Shown: positions 48,297 to 58,648 of the stretch, in pieces | How positions within the stretch are numbered: the first letter of the stretch is position 1 | Layout of the letters: each line of letters starts with the position of its first letter | Notes under the pieces: generated by a model | Database searches by the model: none | What the model was told of the DNA's origin: nothing | The model's input: the letters and a program-made list of their open reading frames with translations, nothing else | Translations under genes and position numbers: made by a program | NCBI GenBank assembly: GCA_963711835.1 | Contig: CAVQFQ010000008.1 | Span: forward strand, 64,239 to 128,238 | Length of the DNA stretch: 64,000 nt | From: an uncultured delta proteobacterium | Lineage (GTDB): Bacteria; Desulfobacterota; RBG-13-43-22 | Reading direction: 5' to 3'

Positions 48297-49592
48297 TTAA
48301 CTATTCTCCCGGCCCAGAGATCGTTCGATTTTGAAGCGGGCCTTTTTGTAATCGAACAGGGACTGCACATAATCGGTTTCCGCTTGAGACAAAGAGACCC
48401 GGGCATCGTTGACTTCCAGCATGGTCCCTACCCCGGCCTTATACCGTCCGGAAGCTAAATCCAGATTTTCTTTGGCCTTCCGCAGGGATTCCTGCGCAAC
48501 CTCAATCTGTTTCTCGGCCGAGACCATCGTTAAATAATACCCTTCCAATTCGGCCAGGAGTTCCTGTTTCCGGGTCTGCTCGTTGGCCTTGGCCTGCCCC
48601 AGGGCGGCCCGCACCTCCGCCAGTCTCGATTGGGTCAGGAATCCTGAAAAAAGCGGGATGTTCAATTGGATCCCCAGGACCCAATTGTTATCCGTTAAAC
48701 CGATATCGTCTGCATTGTCATAGCCGTATTTGGCCGTACCGGTCAGTCGGGGCCAGAAATCCCTCTCAGCCAACTTTTCCTGGGCCTCCCAAAATTTTAC
48801 CACCGCCCGCAGCCGGTTCAAGGAAGGCTGCTTTTCAAGGGTTTCCTGCCTGAGATCATCCAGATTCCAAGCCACCTGCCCGATCTCCAGGTCATCCTTG
48901 AGACGGTAAAGCCCATTTTCCCTGGGCCGTTCCAGCCCCATGGCTTTTTCAAGGAGCACCCGGTTGAGCTGGGCATCATTGCCGGCGCTTAATAAGGCCT
49001 TCTGGGCCTTGATGACCTCCACCTCGGCCTGGGTAACATCGATCCTGGCTTTCAAGCCCACCTGATAAAAACCCTGGGCCTGCCGGAGAGCGGCCCGGGT
49101 CCGTTCCAGGTCTTCTTCCCGGACCTTGACAATCCGGTCCGCCAACAGGACCCCATAATAGGCCTGCCGGATATCATCCATCACCAGCAGACGCACATCT
49201 TTCAAATCCCAGGCATAGGACTTCAAATCCTCCCGGGAGGACTGCACCTTGGATTCCCGCCGGCCGAAATCATAAATATTCTGGGACAGGCCCAGATAAT
49301 ACGAATAAAGATTGCTGTCGGAAGCATTACTATTTTGGCTGGTGCCCGAGAGGCTCCCTTTATACCGACTGACATCCGTCTCCAGGAACAGGTTGGGATA
49401 ATAATCAGCCTGGTTTTGCCTGACCCGGGCCTCGGCCCCTTCCACCGCTTTCGAACCCGCCGTCAGTCGCGGGTTCCTGGCCAGCCCCAGGTCCAGACAG
49501 CGCTTTAAATCCCATTCCTCCGGCCCCTGGGCCCAGCTTGAACCGGCCAATAATAACAGCCCCATAAAAAAAAGAAGAACGCCGCGTTTCAT
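48297..49592 (-). CDS. TolC-family outer membrane efflux protein
   Basis: Signal peptide, two OEP repeats, RYKAGVGTMLEVNDA; first gene of the efflux operon. Confidence 0.92.
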   Translation of the reverse strand: MKRGVLLFFMGLLLLAGSSWAQGPEEWDLKRCLDLGLARNPRLTAGSKAVEGAEARVRQNQADYYPNLFLETDVSRYKGSLSGTSQNSNASDSNLYSYYLGLSQNIYDFGRRESKVQSSREDLKSYAWDLKDVRLLVMDDIRQAYYGVLLADRIVKVREEDLERTRAALRQAQGFYQVGLKARIDVTQAEVEVIKAQKALLSAGNDAQLNRVLLEKAMGLERPRENGLYRLKDDLEIGQVAWNLDDLRQETLEKQPSLNRLRAVVKFWEAQEKLAERDFWPRLTGTAKYGYDNADDIGLTDNNWVLGIQLNIPLFSGFLTQSRLAEVRAALGQAKANEQTRKQELLAELEGYYLTMVSAEKQIEVAQESLRKAKENLDLASGRYKAGVGTMLEVNDARVSLSQAETDYVQSLFDYKKARFKIERSLGRENS

Positions 49593-49937
49593 ACCATCCT
49601 CACGTTTTGAATTTGATCCGACCTGTTCCCGGCGGCTGATAATCGCCAGGCCGGTGCATTCCAATCCCTTTTCTTTTGAGATCTCCGACCGTTTGAATTT
49701 GCCCCGGAGGTGTCGCCTGCCGACCGCCTATTTACCTCGATGTTAAGTTTGGAGGTTAGATAGACAACCCCCAGCAGACTGAAAGGTTAAAATATCGAGT
49801 CCTTGAAACGTTAGCACCCGTTTAATTGAGATAAACCCTTTATCGATCAATTATGAACTTCGAGTAGGGTTAAATCCAGCCAAGGTCAGTCCCCAAATTC
49901 CCTTGACAGGTCCGGGTGCTCATCATACAACTCTTAT

Positions 49938-51296
49938 ATGAAAAAGTCCTCCCCGAATGTGATCTTAAATGATATCATAAAACATGCCCTCCAAGCCATA
50001 GATCCCTACCATCTCGTCCATCAATCTCTAAAGATAAGGCGACACACGCTGACGATTAATCCTCCCGGCTGCCGACCCTTGACCTTAAACATTAAAGATA
50101 AAAATCTCTGGGTTTATGGCCTGGGGAAAGCGGCTGCCCCCATGGCCAAGGCCTGTGAGGAACTATTGGGTGACCGGATGGCCGGAGGAATGGTCCTGAC
50201 CAAAGATGGTCACGGCCTGCCCTTAAAAAAGCTCAGGCTCCGAGAAGCCGGCCATCCTGTTCCCGACCGACGGGGATGGAAGGCAACCCGGGAAATGGTC
50301 CGAGAATTGAAAGGGTATAATGAAAACGACCTGATCCTTTTTCTGATTTCAGGAGGCGGATCGGCCCTGTTTTGCTCCCCGGCCCCCGGGATCAGCCTCA
50401 GGCAAACAAAAACGCTGACCCGGGCCCTGCTTTTAAGCGGGGCCTCCATTGAAGAAATCAATGCCGTCCGCAAACACCTGTCTCTGGTCAAAGGCGGCCA
50501 ATCGGCCCGCCTCAGCTATCCTGCCCAGGTCATCCTCTTGGGCATTTCCGATGTGGTGGGCGACCCCTGGGAGGTAATCGCCTCAGGCCCTTTTTACCCG
50601 GACCCTTCCACCTTCAACGATGTTAAGGAGATCCTCATCAGGTACCGCCTCTGGAATAGCCTGCCTCCGGGGGTAAGAAATCATTTGAATGAGGGTTTTC
50701 GGGGAAAATTTCCCGATACCCCCAAGGAAGAAGATAAAATTTTTCACCGGGTGCGTCATGTCTTGTTGGGAAACAATCTGCTGGCCCTCCGAAAGGCCAA
50801 GGCCCGGGCTGAAGCGCTGGGATTCCCGACCCTGATTTTAACCTCCCGCTGGACAGGGGATACCCATGAGGCGGCCCGCGCCCATGGGGCTATTATCCAG
50901 GAAGTCCTAAACTCGCACCACCCCTTGGCTCCCCCCTGCTGTATTGTGAGTGGAGGAGAAACAACCTTAAAGGTCACGGGAAAGGGCAAGGGAGGACGCA
51001 ATACTGAAATGGCCCTGGTCCTGGCCCGGGAAATTGCCGGGCTGAAGGGCATCCGGGCAGTCTGCCTGGCCACCGACGGGACCGATGGCCCGACTGATGC
51101 CGCCGGGGCCTGGGTAAGCGGGCGGACCTGTGATAAGGCCAAGAGGCTGGGACTTTCTCCGGAGGCCTTCCTGGAACGAAACGATTCCTATTCCTTCTTT
51201 CAAGCCCTTAACCAGCTTATCTTAACCGGTCCGACGCGATCTAACGTGATGGATGTGCGGATCATGCTCTTTCCGGCGAAGGCAACTTTTGGTTAA
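49938..51296 (+). CDS. Glycerate 2-kinase (DUF4147/MOFRL family)
   Basis: GKAA, AGHPVPD, ISGGGSAL, RKHLSLVKGG, SDVVGD, GGETT, GGRN, TDGTDG and TGPTRSNVMD motifs. Confidence 0.94.
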   Translation: MKKSSPNVILNDIIKHALQAIDPYHLVHQSLKIRRHTLTINPPGCRPLTLNIKDKNLWVYGLGKAAAPMAKACEELLGDRMAGGMVLTKDGHGLPLKKLRLREAGHPVPDRRGWKATREMVRELKGYNENDLILFLISGGGSALFCSPAPGISLRQTKTLTRALLLSGASIEEINAVRKHLSLVKGGQSARLSYPAQVILLGISDVVGDPWEVIASGPFYPDPSTFNDVKEILIRYRLWNSLPPGVRNHLNEGFRGKFPDTPKEEDKIFHRVRHVLLGNNLLALRKAKARAEALGFPTLILTSRWTGDTHEAARAHGAIIQEVLNSHHPLAPPCCIVSGGETTLKVTGKGKGGRNTEMALVLAREIAGLKGIRAVCLATDGTDGPTDAAGAWVSGRTCDKAKRLGLSPEAFLERNDSYSFFQALNQLILTGPTRSNVMDVRIMLFPAKATFG

Positions 51297-51548
51297 AAAA
51301 AGCGCAAATTGTTGAAGCCGCCCTTCTAAAAATCAGACAGCCTCCCTGCTCACCTTTCTTAACCCCTTTATTTTTTTGAATTTTTCCAATCAGGCCGGCA
51401 AGGTATATATTTTGCAGAATTATCTATTTAATAGATAGTTATTTATCGGGAAAGGGGGTGAGGTTTAAACAAAAACGGGTCCCGGTTTCTGTTCAACTTA
51501 ACAACAAACCCGATAAAGTTCTTGTCGCATCTAAACTGGAGGTTAGAG

Positions 51549-51689
51549 ATGACAAAGAAGGGACGTCTGTTCTTTATTTTTTTATTGGTCATGGCCTTAA
51601 GCCTGCCCCTGTAGGCCGCCCCGTTAATCGGAACCTATGAATCACCAGGGGACTTTACCGCCGGAAACTGGCTGGAAAGACTTTATTAA
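51549..51689 (+). pseudogene. Remnant of a secreted-protein gene (signal peptide interrupted by TAG)
   Basis: SD ggagg; MTKKGRLFFIFLLVMALSLPL*AAPLIGTYESPGDFTAGNWLERLY*; followed by a terminator. Confidence 0.45.
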
Positions 51690-51730
51690 CAAGAAAAAAA
51701 ATAGACCCTACGCTTTTCTCTCCTCCCCCT

Positions 51731-51775
51731 AAGAGGCAGGGTTCCCGACGGACCCTGCCTCTTCCTTTTTCTCTT
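51731..51775 (+). terminator. Intrinsic terminator
   Basis: 12-bp stem aagaggcagggt / accctgcctctt followed by a pyrimidine tract. Confidence 0.7.
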
Positions 51776-51888
51776 CCTGGCCATCTTCCCTTCAGGGACC
51801 TTATGGCAGATCACAACGAACTGGAAATGCCGTCCACATCGGGCGATTTTCATTGACTGCCGAAGGAAAAATTTCATAAAAGGTTATC

Positions 51889-52689
51889 ATGAATGGCAAC
51901 ACGGTTAAGCTGATCTATTTTTCCCCCACCCGGACCACCAAAAAGATTTTGCAGGGCATTGCCCAGGGAATGCCGGTCAGTCGGATCGAGCATCTCGATT
52001 TGACCCCGCCCCAGGCGGCCACCCAACTATTGGATGAGATAACCGAGGAATTAACCATTCTCGGCGCACCGGTCCATGCCGGCCGCTTGCCGATCGAGGC
52101 GGTCCGGCGGTTTCGCCGACTAAAGGCCAGGCAAGCCCCGGCGGTCGTGGTGGTCCTCTACGGAAATCGGGAATATGAAGACGCCCTGCTCGAATTAAAA
52201 AATTTGGCCGGCGAACAGGGATTCAGACCGGTTGCCGCCGGGGCTTTTATCGGTGAGCATTCCTACTCCACGAACGGCACACCCATCGCCGTTGGTCGGC
52301 CTGATGAGGCGGATCTGAACAAGGCCAAGGAATTCGGTCAGAGGGTTTTCGGAAAATTACTCAATAATCGAGGAATGGACCGGATGGCCGCCTTGGAAGT
52401 ACCGGGGAATTTCCCCTATAAGGAAAGGATGGAACGGCCCCTTGAAGCGCCCGCGACTCGGGAAGCCCTTTGCACCCTTTGTGGAACCTGTGCTTCGGTC
52501 TGCCCGACCGCGGCCGTTGTCGTAGAGAATTCGGTGATTACCGAGCCGGAACGATGCATCATCTGCCAGGCCTGTGTGAAAAATTGTCCGACCGGGGCCA
52601 GGGTGATGGAGGTCGAAAGGATCAAAAAAGTAGCCGACTGGTTATACACCCATTGCGCCCGACGGAAAGAGCCTGAAATATTTTTATAA
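51889..52689 (+). CDS. Flavodoxin-like plus 2x[4Fe-4S] ferredoxin protein (EFR1 family)
   Basis: YFSPTRTT, YGNREYEDALLEL, GEHS, CTLCGTCASVCP and CIICQACVKNCP motifs. Confidence 0.9.
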   Translation: MNGNTVKLIYFSPTRTTKKILQGIAQGMPVSRIEHLDLTPPQAATQLLDEITEELTILGAPVHAGRLPIEAVRRFRRLKARQAPAVVVVLYGNREYEDALLELKNLAGEQGFRPVAAGAFIGEHSYSTNGTPIAVGRPDEADLNKAKEFGQRVFGKLLNNRGMDRMAALEVPGNFPYKERMERPLEAPATREALCTLCGTCASVCPTAAVVVENSVITEPERCIICQACVKNCPTGARVMEVERIKKVADWLYTHCARRKEPEIFL

Positions 52690-52803
52690 CCGGCTATTCC
52701 AAAATTCCCTTCGCCTGGTCAGACCCCAATCCCCCACAGGGGCGATCATCGGCGCCGGCAGCATCGTTTCCCAGGAATTGCCGGAATTTTCATGGATTGT
52801 TTT

Positions 52804-53260
52804 TTAGACATACCTGGGGCGGGTTTTGGTCTTTTCATAATAGTGCTCCAGGCCTGTTTCTTTGATTTTCTCGTTGATTAACACCCAGGCTTTATTCAGT
52901 TGTTCGTCAAAGTTGGTTCTATTACAAGGGAACTCGTCACACTGGTAGCAGTAATCAATCTGCTTTTCCTGGTGGCAGCGGCGTACCCCACAGGTTTTAA
53001 AAAGCTTGCACTGCTCGTTACGGCATCCCCTGCAGTTTTCCGAAGCCAGGTAATCCAACATTTCCTTGAAGGCAGGATATTTTTTAAAAATCGGGTCACC
53101 CAGCAGGGTTTCAAATCGTTTGGCATAGATGTCGAAATTCCCCAGTTTTTCTTTGAGTTTCAGACTGTACCGGCGGATATCGCCATCCACATGGGCAAAA
53201 CATTTTTCACAGCTCAGGCCGCAGGGGGCCAATGACGCCTTAATTTGTTCATAATTCCAT
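52804..53260 (-). CDS. DUF3795 Cys-rich protein (apparent +1 indel just after the ATG at 53260)
   Basis: APCGLSCEKC, CRGCR...C...C...C and CYQCDEFPC. The SD aaggag precedes ATG 53260, which is out of frame by one base. Confidence 0.82.
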
Positions 53261-53403
53261 AACCTGTCTCCTTTCGTTAAATGAAGTCAATTTGATTATA
53301 GCGGTTGCATTTTGGAAACAAAAGTGGCATAAACGACATTCTAATAGGTGATATCGGCATTTTTCTATTAATTGAGGGAGATTAAAAGAAATGATCCACA
53401 AGG

Positions 53404-54411
53404 GTGAAATCAATGAAAAAAGTAACCATTCTTGGACTTTATAACTCCATGGCCACCACTATTTTCGGTCCCATGGATATCTTGAACCAGGCGGGAAGGC
53501 TCTGGAACCGGGTAAGCAAATCCCCTCAAACTCCGTTTTTTGACGTCACCATTGCCTCAGCGGACGGACAACCCATCCAATGCCTGAATAAAGTCCAAAT
53601 TCAGCCCCATTGCAGTATCGAGACCATTCATAAAACAGATTTGCTTGTCATTGCCTCGGCCACTTATATCGATCAGATTCTTCAAACAAGCCCCGAGCTG
53701 GTTCCCTGGATCCGCCGGCAATACGACCAGGGCGCCCATGTGGCCAGTATCTGCACGGGAGTATTTTTACTGGCGGAAACCGGTTTGCTGGACGGAAAAT
53801 CAGCCACCCTTCACTGGGGGTTTACAGAGGTGTTCCGCCGGAGATATCCCCGGGTGAATTTAAAATCAGACCAAATGTTCATCGACCAGGGGCGCCTCTA
53901 TTGTTCGGCAGGAGTAAATGCCGGTATGGATTTATCCCTTTACCTGGTGGAAAAATTTTGCGGCCGACAAACCGCTATGCAGTCTGCCAAGACCATGATC
54001 CTGGATTTGGGACGGGAAAGGCAGACCCCTTACAGCAGTTATCTTTTTTCCCAGGACCATGGCGATCCTCTGGTCATGAAGGCCCAGAAGTGGATAGAAC
54101 AGCATTACACGCAATCGATTGATTACGACCGGCTGGCAGGGAAATTCCGGATGAGCCGCCGTTCATTGGAACGCCGGTTCAAACAGGCCACGGGTAGCAC
54201 CCCTTTGGGCTATCTGCAGCAATTACGGGTGGAAAACGCCAAGCGCCTTTTGGAGGACGGCAGCCAAACCTTCGATGAGATCACCTATCAGGTCGGGTAT
54301 GAGGATATTCCCTTTTTCAGGAAAGTATTTGTCAGGCTGACAAGCCTGCGGCCAAAAGAATATCAGCAGCGGTTTGCAGGGTACTCCGCCAAACCCGTTC
54401 TTCAGACCTGA
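53404..54411 (+). CDS. GlxA/FtrA-type AraC regulator with DJ-1/PfpI domain
   Basis: SICTGVFLLAETGLLDGKSATLHW and a C-terminal AraC HTH (MSRRSLERRFK...VGYED). Confidence 0.94.
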   Translation: MKSMKKVTILGLYNSMATTIFGPMDILNQAGRLWNRVSKSPQTPFFDVTIASADGQPIQCLNKVQIQPHCSIETIHKTDLLVIASATYIDQILQTSPELVPWIRRQYDQGAHVASICTGVFLLAETGLLDGKSATLHWGFTEVFRRRYPRVNLKSDQMFIDQGRLYCSAGVNAGMDLSLYLVEKFCGRQTAMQSAKTMILDLGRERQTPYSSYLFSQDHGDPLVMKAQKWIEQHYTQSIDYDRLAGKFRMSRRSLERRFKQATGSTPLGYLQQLRVENAKRLLEDGSQTFDEITYQVGYEDIPFFRKVFVRLTSLRPKEYQQRFAGYSAKPVLQT

Positions 54412-54690
54412 CGCCTTTTTTGCACAAAAACTGCAAAACTGAGCCTCAAAACTGGGCTCGTTATCCCCTGGTTCTATGACACCGGGAATGACGGCATCTT
54501 GATTTTCTTTTTGACGAAGTCCCCCGGGAGACGTTACTATAGAAGCCGTAATACCGTATTCCCGCCGAAGGCGGGCTTCTCCCTGGTTGGGATTAGAACA
54601 CCTGGACGCCAGCCAAGCTAAGGTTTCGAAGTTTTTCTCTGGCCGATTGCCCTTGGATCTGTAACTGATCCGGCCATTGAAGGAGGAAGT

Positions 54691-56274
54691 ATGATTCACG
54701 GTGGTTCAGTAGATTTTTTTAATGCGGCGGATTATTTCATTGATCGAAATGTCCGCGAAGGCCGGGGCGACAAGGTCGCAGTCTATACCGATTTTCGCAA
54801 TTACACTTTTAAGAATCTCCAGAAGATGGTCAACAAAACCGCCAATGGACTGCGCGAGCTTGGCGTACATGTCGATGATCGTGTTATGCTCCTTATGCTC
54901 GATGTACCGCAGTTCTATGGGATCTTCTGGGGCGCCATCAAGATTGGAGCAGTGCCGATTCCGATCAACACAATGCTCACACCAGATGACTACGAATATT
55001 ACCTCAACGATAGCCGGGCACGGTTGCTCGTTGTTTCCGAGTCCCTTGTCCCCCTTATTCAGCAGATCAAGGGGAACCTTTACTATCTGCGTGATCTCAT
55101 CGTCATCTCTGAGACTGAAGGGGCTTTTACACCTTTTAAGCAGATGTACCGGCACGCTCCTGAGACCATCAAGACAGAATTCACCATGAAAGACGACGTA
55201 GGTTTGTGGCTCTACAGTTCGGGTTCAACTGGAGCACCCAAGGGCGCCATTCATTCACAATACGATATGGTGGCGGTTTCCGAAGGTTTTGGAAAGGGCA
55301 TTCTCCAGTTGACAGAGAATGACCTCATCTTTTCATCGGCCCGCCTTTTCTTCGCCTATGGCCTCGGTAACAGCAACTATCTGCCTTTCGGCGTAGGGGC
55401 ATCGGTTGTGCTCAACGCGGCACCTCCAAAACCGGAGAACGTCTTCCAGTATGTGGCAAAATATAAACCTACCGTCTATTTCGGTATTCCTACTCTTTAC
55501 GGTCAGATGCTGGAACACATTGAAAAACAGGACAAAGAAAAGGGCACCAAGGGCGACCCCAAGGTCGATCATCCTTTCAAGTCGGTACGTCTTTGTGTTT
55601 CAGCCGGCGAAGCCCTACCCCCAGACATTTACTCACGCTGGAAAGAACGTTTCGGTATTGAGATCATCGATGGTATTGGAACTACAGAAATGCTCCACAT
55701 CTTTATCTGCAACAAGCCTGGTGAGGTAAAACCGGGCTCCACCGGAAAACCCGTTCCCGGTTATGAGTTGAAGCTCATCGATGAAAACGGTTTTGATGTC
55801 CCTGAAGGTGAGATCGGCATGCTCCTCGTCAAAGGTGGAAGCGCGGCCCAGCAGTACTGGAGAAAGCGGGAAAAGACAAAGGCCACTATGCAGGGTGAAT
55901 GGATTATTACGGGCGACAAATACTATATCGATAAAGAGGGATACTACTGGTGCGCAGGCCGAGGAGATGACATGCTTAAAGTCGGCGGTATCTGGGTATC
56001 ACCCGTTGAGGTCGAAAACTGCATTATGGAACACCCCGCCGTCCTCGAAGTGGCCGTTACCGCAAAGAACGACGAAAAGAACCTTGTCAAGCCCAAAGCT
56101 TGGGTAGTGCTCAAAGAATGGCGGACAGAATCCCCTGAACTGGCGAAAGAAATTCAACTATGGGTTCTGGACCGTATGGCAAAATACAAATATCCCCGTT
56201 GGGTTGAATTCGTCAAAGAGCTTCCCAAGAGCGCCACAGGCAAAATTCAACGCTTTAAACTGCGGGATAATTGA
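54691..56274 (+). CDS. Benzoate-CoA ligase family acyl-CoA synthetase
   Basis: WLYSSGSTGAPKG, LFFAYGLGN, SAGEALP, DGIGTTEMLHIF, GRGDDMLKVGGIWVSPVEVE and ATGKIQRFKLR motifs. Confidence 0.93.
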   Translation: MIHGGSVDFFNAADYFIDRNVREGRGDKVAVYTDFRNYTFKNLQKMVNKTANGLRELGVHVDDRVMLLMLDVPQFYGIFWGAIKIGAVPIPINTMLTPDDYEYYLNDSRARLLVVSESLVPLIQQIKGNLYYLRDLIVISETEGAFTPFKQMYRHAPETIKTEFTMKDDVGLWLYSSGSTGAPKGAIHSQYDMVAVSEGFGKGILQLTENDLIFSSARLFFAYGLGNSNYLPFGVGASVVLNAAPPKPENVFQYVAKYKPTVYFGIPTLYGQMLEHIEKQDKEKGTKGDPKVDHPFKSVRLCVSAGEALPPDIYSRWKERFGIEIIDGIGTTEMLHIFICNKPGEVKPGSTGKPVPGYELKLIDENGFDVPEGEIGMLLVKGGSAAQQYWRKREKTKATMQGEWIITGDKYYIDKEGYYWCAGRGDDMLKVGGIWVSPVEVENCIMEHPAVLEVAVTAKNDEKNLVKPKAWVVLKEWRTESPELAKEIQLWVLDRMAKYKYPRWVEFVKELPKSATGKIQRFKLRDN

Positions 56275-56309
56275 TTAAATGTAAAACTGTCAAAACTGGG
56301 GTCGGACCC

Positions 56310-56783
56310 CTATTCCAACCCTTCTTTCAAAGCCGCAGAGGCAATCAGCAACAACGCCCCTGCGACTAAGAGAGCCCACCCCCATCGGATTTGAACGGAT
56401 TGCACCGCCTTATCCGCCAAACCGCGGAAAGGATTGCCGGCCAGGCGCATCGCCATTTTTTCTTGAAGGGCGGCTAATTTAAATTGAATAGTTATAAAAG
56501 TTATGGCCACAACACCGAGACTTAAAAAACCGGTGACCCAAAGCCGATTATATCGCCCGGTTAAACTTAAAAATATGGAGATGATGGCCAGTATTAAAAT
56601 GATGGGGCCATCCCATTGGGTGTGTTGGAAATAATTCATGGACCCGATAACCGGATAGCTGATAATCGGAGTGAAGACCCCAACGAATAGCAGACTTGAC
56701 CCAATGAGTCCGAGGAGTTGCTTCGGGTCTCTGGAAAATTTAATCGGGGGTCTTGTCTGAAAGCTATTATGGCTCTTCTGCAT
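56310..56783 (-). CDS. Hypothetical 4-TM membrane protein
   Basis: 157-aa hydrophobic ORF bracketed by short inverted repeats. Confidence 0.75.
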   Translation of the reverse strand: MQKSHNSFQTRPPIKFSRDPKQLLGLIGSSLLFVGVFTPIISYPVIGSMNYFQHTQWDGPIILILAIISIFLSLTGRYNRLWVTGFLSLGVVAITFITIQFKLAALQEKMAMRLAGNPFRGLADKAVQSVQIRWGWALLVAGALLLIASAALKEGLE

Positions 56784-56887
56784 TAATTTTTTCTGCCGGC
56801 TTATTCGAACTGGATTTCCCCTACTCTATGCCGGTTTATCCCGGCGCTTTCGGTCCGACCCCCATTCAATGACCCATTCAATATAGG

Positions 56888-56993
56888 TATTTTCAAGGCC
56901 TATATCGTCGTTTTCGGCCTCGAAAAGAGCACGGGTAACGAGCAATAAGAGAAAGAATAACTATCCGGATTTTTTACGGTAGGAAAAAATCCG
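56888..56993. repeat. ~105-bp dispersed direct repeat, copy A
   Basis: Near-identical to 60756-60862; an interrupted relative lies at 58026-58125. Confidence 0.9.
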
Positions 56994-57962
56994 GGGATTG
57001 AGGCAGTTGGGCGGGATTTCTCCCTTAAAAAAAGCCTCCAGGTTCCGGGCTGCTATCATGCCCATCTTGGTTCGCGTCTCCAGGGAGGCGCTGCCAATGT
57101 GCGGCAGAAGGATCACATTGGGCATCTCAAGCAGGGCGGGATGGATTTCCGGTTCATGTTCATAGACATCCAGGGCGGCCCCGGCGATCTGCCCCTTTTT
57201 AAGGGCCTCTACCAGGGCCTGTTCATCAATGACCTCTCCACGGGAGGTATTAATGATATAGGCGGTCGGCTTCATGAGAGAAAATTCCCTGGCCCCCATC
57301 AAGTGGTGGGTTTGCGGTGTAAGGGGCACATGGATGGAGACAAAATCGGATGCCTTGAGCAGGGTTTCCTTGTCCAGGCACCGGGCATTAAACCGTTTGT
57401 CAACCTCCGGATCCACTTGGCAGTCATTGGTATACAAGATCCTCATATCAAAACCGGCGGCCCGTTTGGCCACGGCCATTCCGATGCGTCCGAACCCCAT
57501 CAGCCCCAAGGTCTTGAGGTGGACGTCCGTGCCTAAAAAAAGCAGCGGCGCCCAGCCCTGGTATTTTCCGGACCGGGTATAGGCATCGCTTTCCGTAATC
57601 CGCCGGGCCACGCCGAGCAGCAGGGCCATAGTCAGGTCCGCAGTGGTATCGGTCAGAACCCCGGGGGTATTGGTGACGGCTATTCTGCAGTCCGTGGCGG
57701 CCTCCAGATCAATATTGTTATATCCGACCGCATAGTTGGCGATGATTTTCAGGCGATCACCGGCCCGATCCATCAGTTCGGCGTCGATCCTGTCGGTCAG
57801 CAGGGGAAGGAGCCCGTCGATTCCTGAGACCCCATCAAGAAGCTCCTGACGGGCGAGGGACCGGTCATAAGGGTTACAGGTGAGATCGAAAGTGTTTTCC
57901 AAAAATTCCATCGCCACCGTCGGCAGCTTGCGGGTTACGAATACCTTGGGTTTCATAACCAT
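56961..57962 (-). CDS. D-2-hydroxyacid dehydrogenase (glyoxylate/hydroxypyruvate reductase family)
   Basis: AVGYNNID, NTPGVLT, GFGRIG, INTSRG, LDVYEHEP and PHIGSA motifs. Confidence 0.94.
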   Translation of the reverse strand: MVMKPKVFVTRKLPTVAMEFLENTFDLTCNPYDRSLARQELLDGVSGIDGLLPLLTDRIDAELMDRAGDRLKIIANYAVGYNNIDLEAATDCRIAVTNTPGVLTDTTADLTMALLLGVARRITESDAYTRSGKYQGWAPLLFLGTDVHLKTLGLMGFGRIGMAVAKRAAGFDMRILYTNDCQVDPEVDKRFNARCLDKETLLKASDFVSIHVPLTPQTHHLMGAREFSLMKPTAYIINTSRGEVIDEQALVEALKKGQIAGAALDVYEHEPEIHPALLEMPNVILLPHIGSASLETRTKMGMIAARNLEAFFKGEIPPNCLNPRIFSYRKKSG

Positions 57963-58319
57963 CCCCTCCTGGTACTTTTAACCTTTCTATCCACGGACGC
58001 ACCCAGCGCGGCATATCCCAAACACATTCCGAGGTCGGGCCAAGATAAGTTCTTGATTATTCAATTTCAGCGTCCCAGAAGGAGGCGTTTCCAATACCTA
58101 TATCATCCTTTTCGGCCCCGAAAATTGCCTTATAGTGAGCAGGACCCTCCCGGAGCTGATACCCCTTAGTCCCTTCTGTGACATCTCTCCCCTTGGCCCG
58201 CCCCCATTACAAACCCTGCTTAAAAACCTGGATCGAGAAGAGAGAAAAAAATAGTAACGGAATTATCGGAGCTACGTCCCGTTCCTACTTTTTTGATTTA
58301 TATTCTGGAAGGAAGCGCC

Positions 58320-58380
58320 CGCCAACAAAATCAGCGTGAAGCTCGCTTTGTGGCCGATCCGCTGGATTGACTTGTTAGAT
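58320..58380 (-). other. Integron attC site (61 bp)
   Basis: Minus strand ATCTAAC-aagtcaatccagcggatc...cgctgatttt-GTTGGCG: an RYYYAAC...GTT imperfect palindrome at the 3' end of the cassette gene. Confidence 0.75.
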
Positions 58381-58648
58381 GAGATTTTGTCATTTTCGAC
58401 TTTAACGGGTATTTTTCCGGGTTTTCGAGATTATCAATTTCCAAATCTACATCTAATTCCGGCCAGTATAAGTGATAACCGTGAATCAATTGAACAGTCT
58501 GTATCGATTTCAGGGTTTGATCTCTAAAATAGGGATAATCCTTGTAGCTGAGAAAGTATTCTCTTCCTTTGACAAATAGCCAAATGCCAAAAGGCGTAAT
58601 ATTCTCAACGCTTACTAAAATGGTTTCGCCATGCCTGGACGATTTCAT
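58331..58648 (-). CDS. DUF2442 family protein (TA-like partner of DUF4160)
   Basis: VENITPFGIWL...FLSYKDYPYF...HLYWPELDVDL...PEKYPL; likely ATG 58648; the C-terminus reads into attC. Confidence 0.85.
   Translation of the reverse strand: MKSSRHGETILVSVENITPFGIWLFVKGREYFLSYKDYPYFRDQTLKSIQTVQLIHGYHLYWPELDVDLEIDNLENPEKYPLKSKMTKSHLTSQSSGSATKRASR

Noticed and set aside
51612-51614. Pyrrolysine readthrough of the TAG in the signal-peptide stub
   Set aside because: No pyl genes are in view, the position is a signal-cleavage region, and a CAG-to-TAG mutation is simpler.
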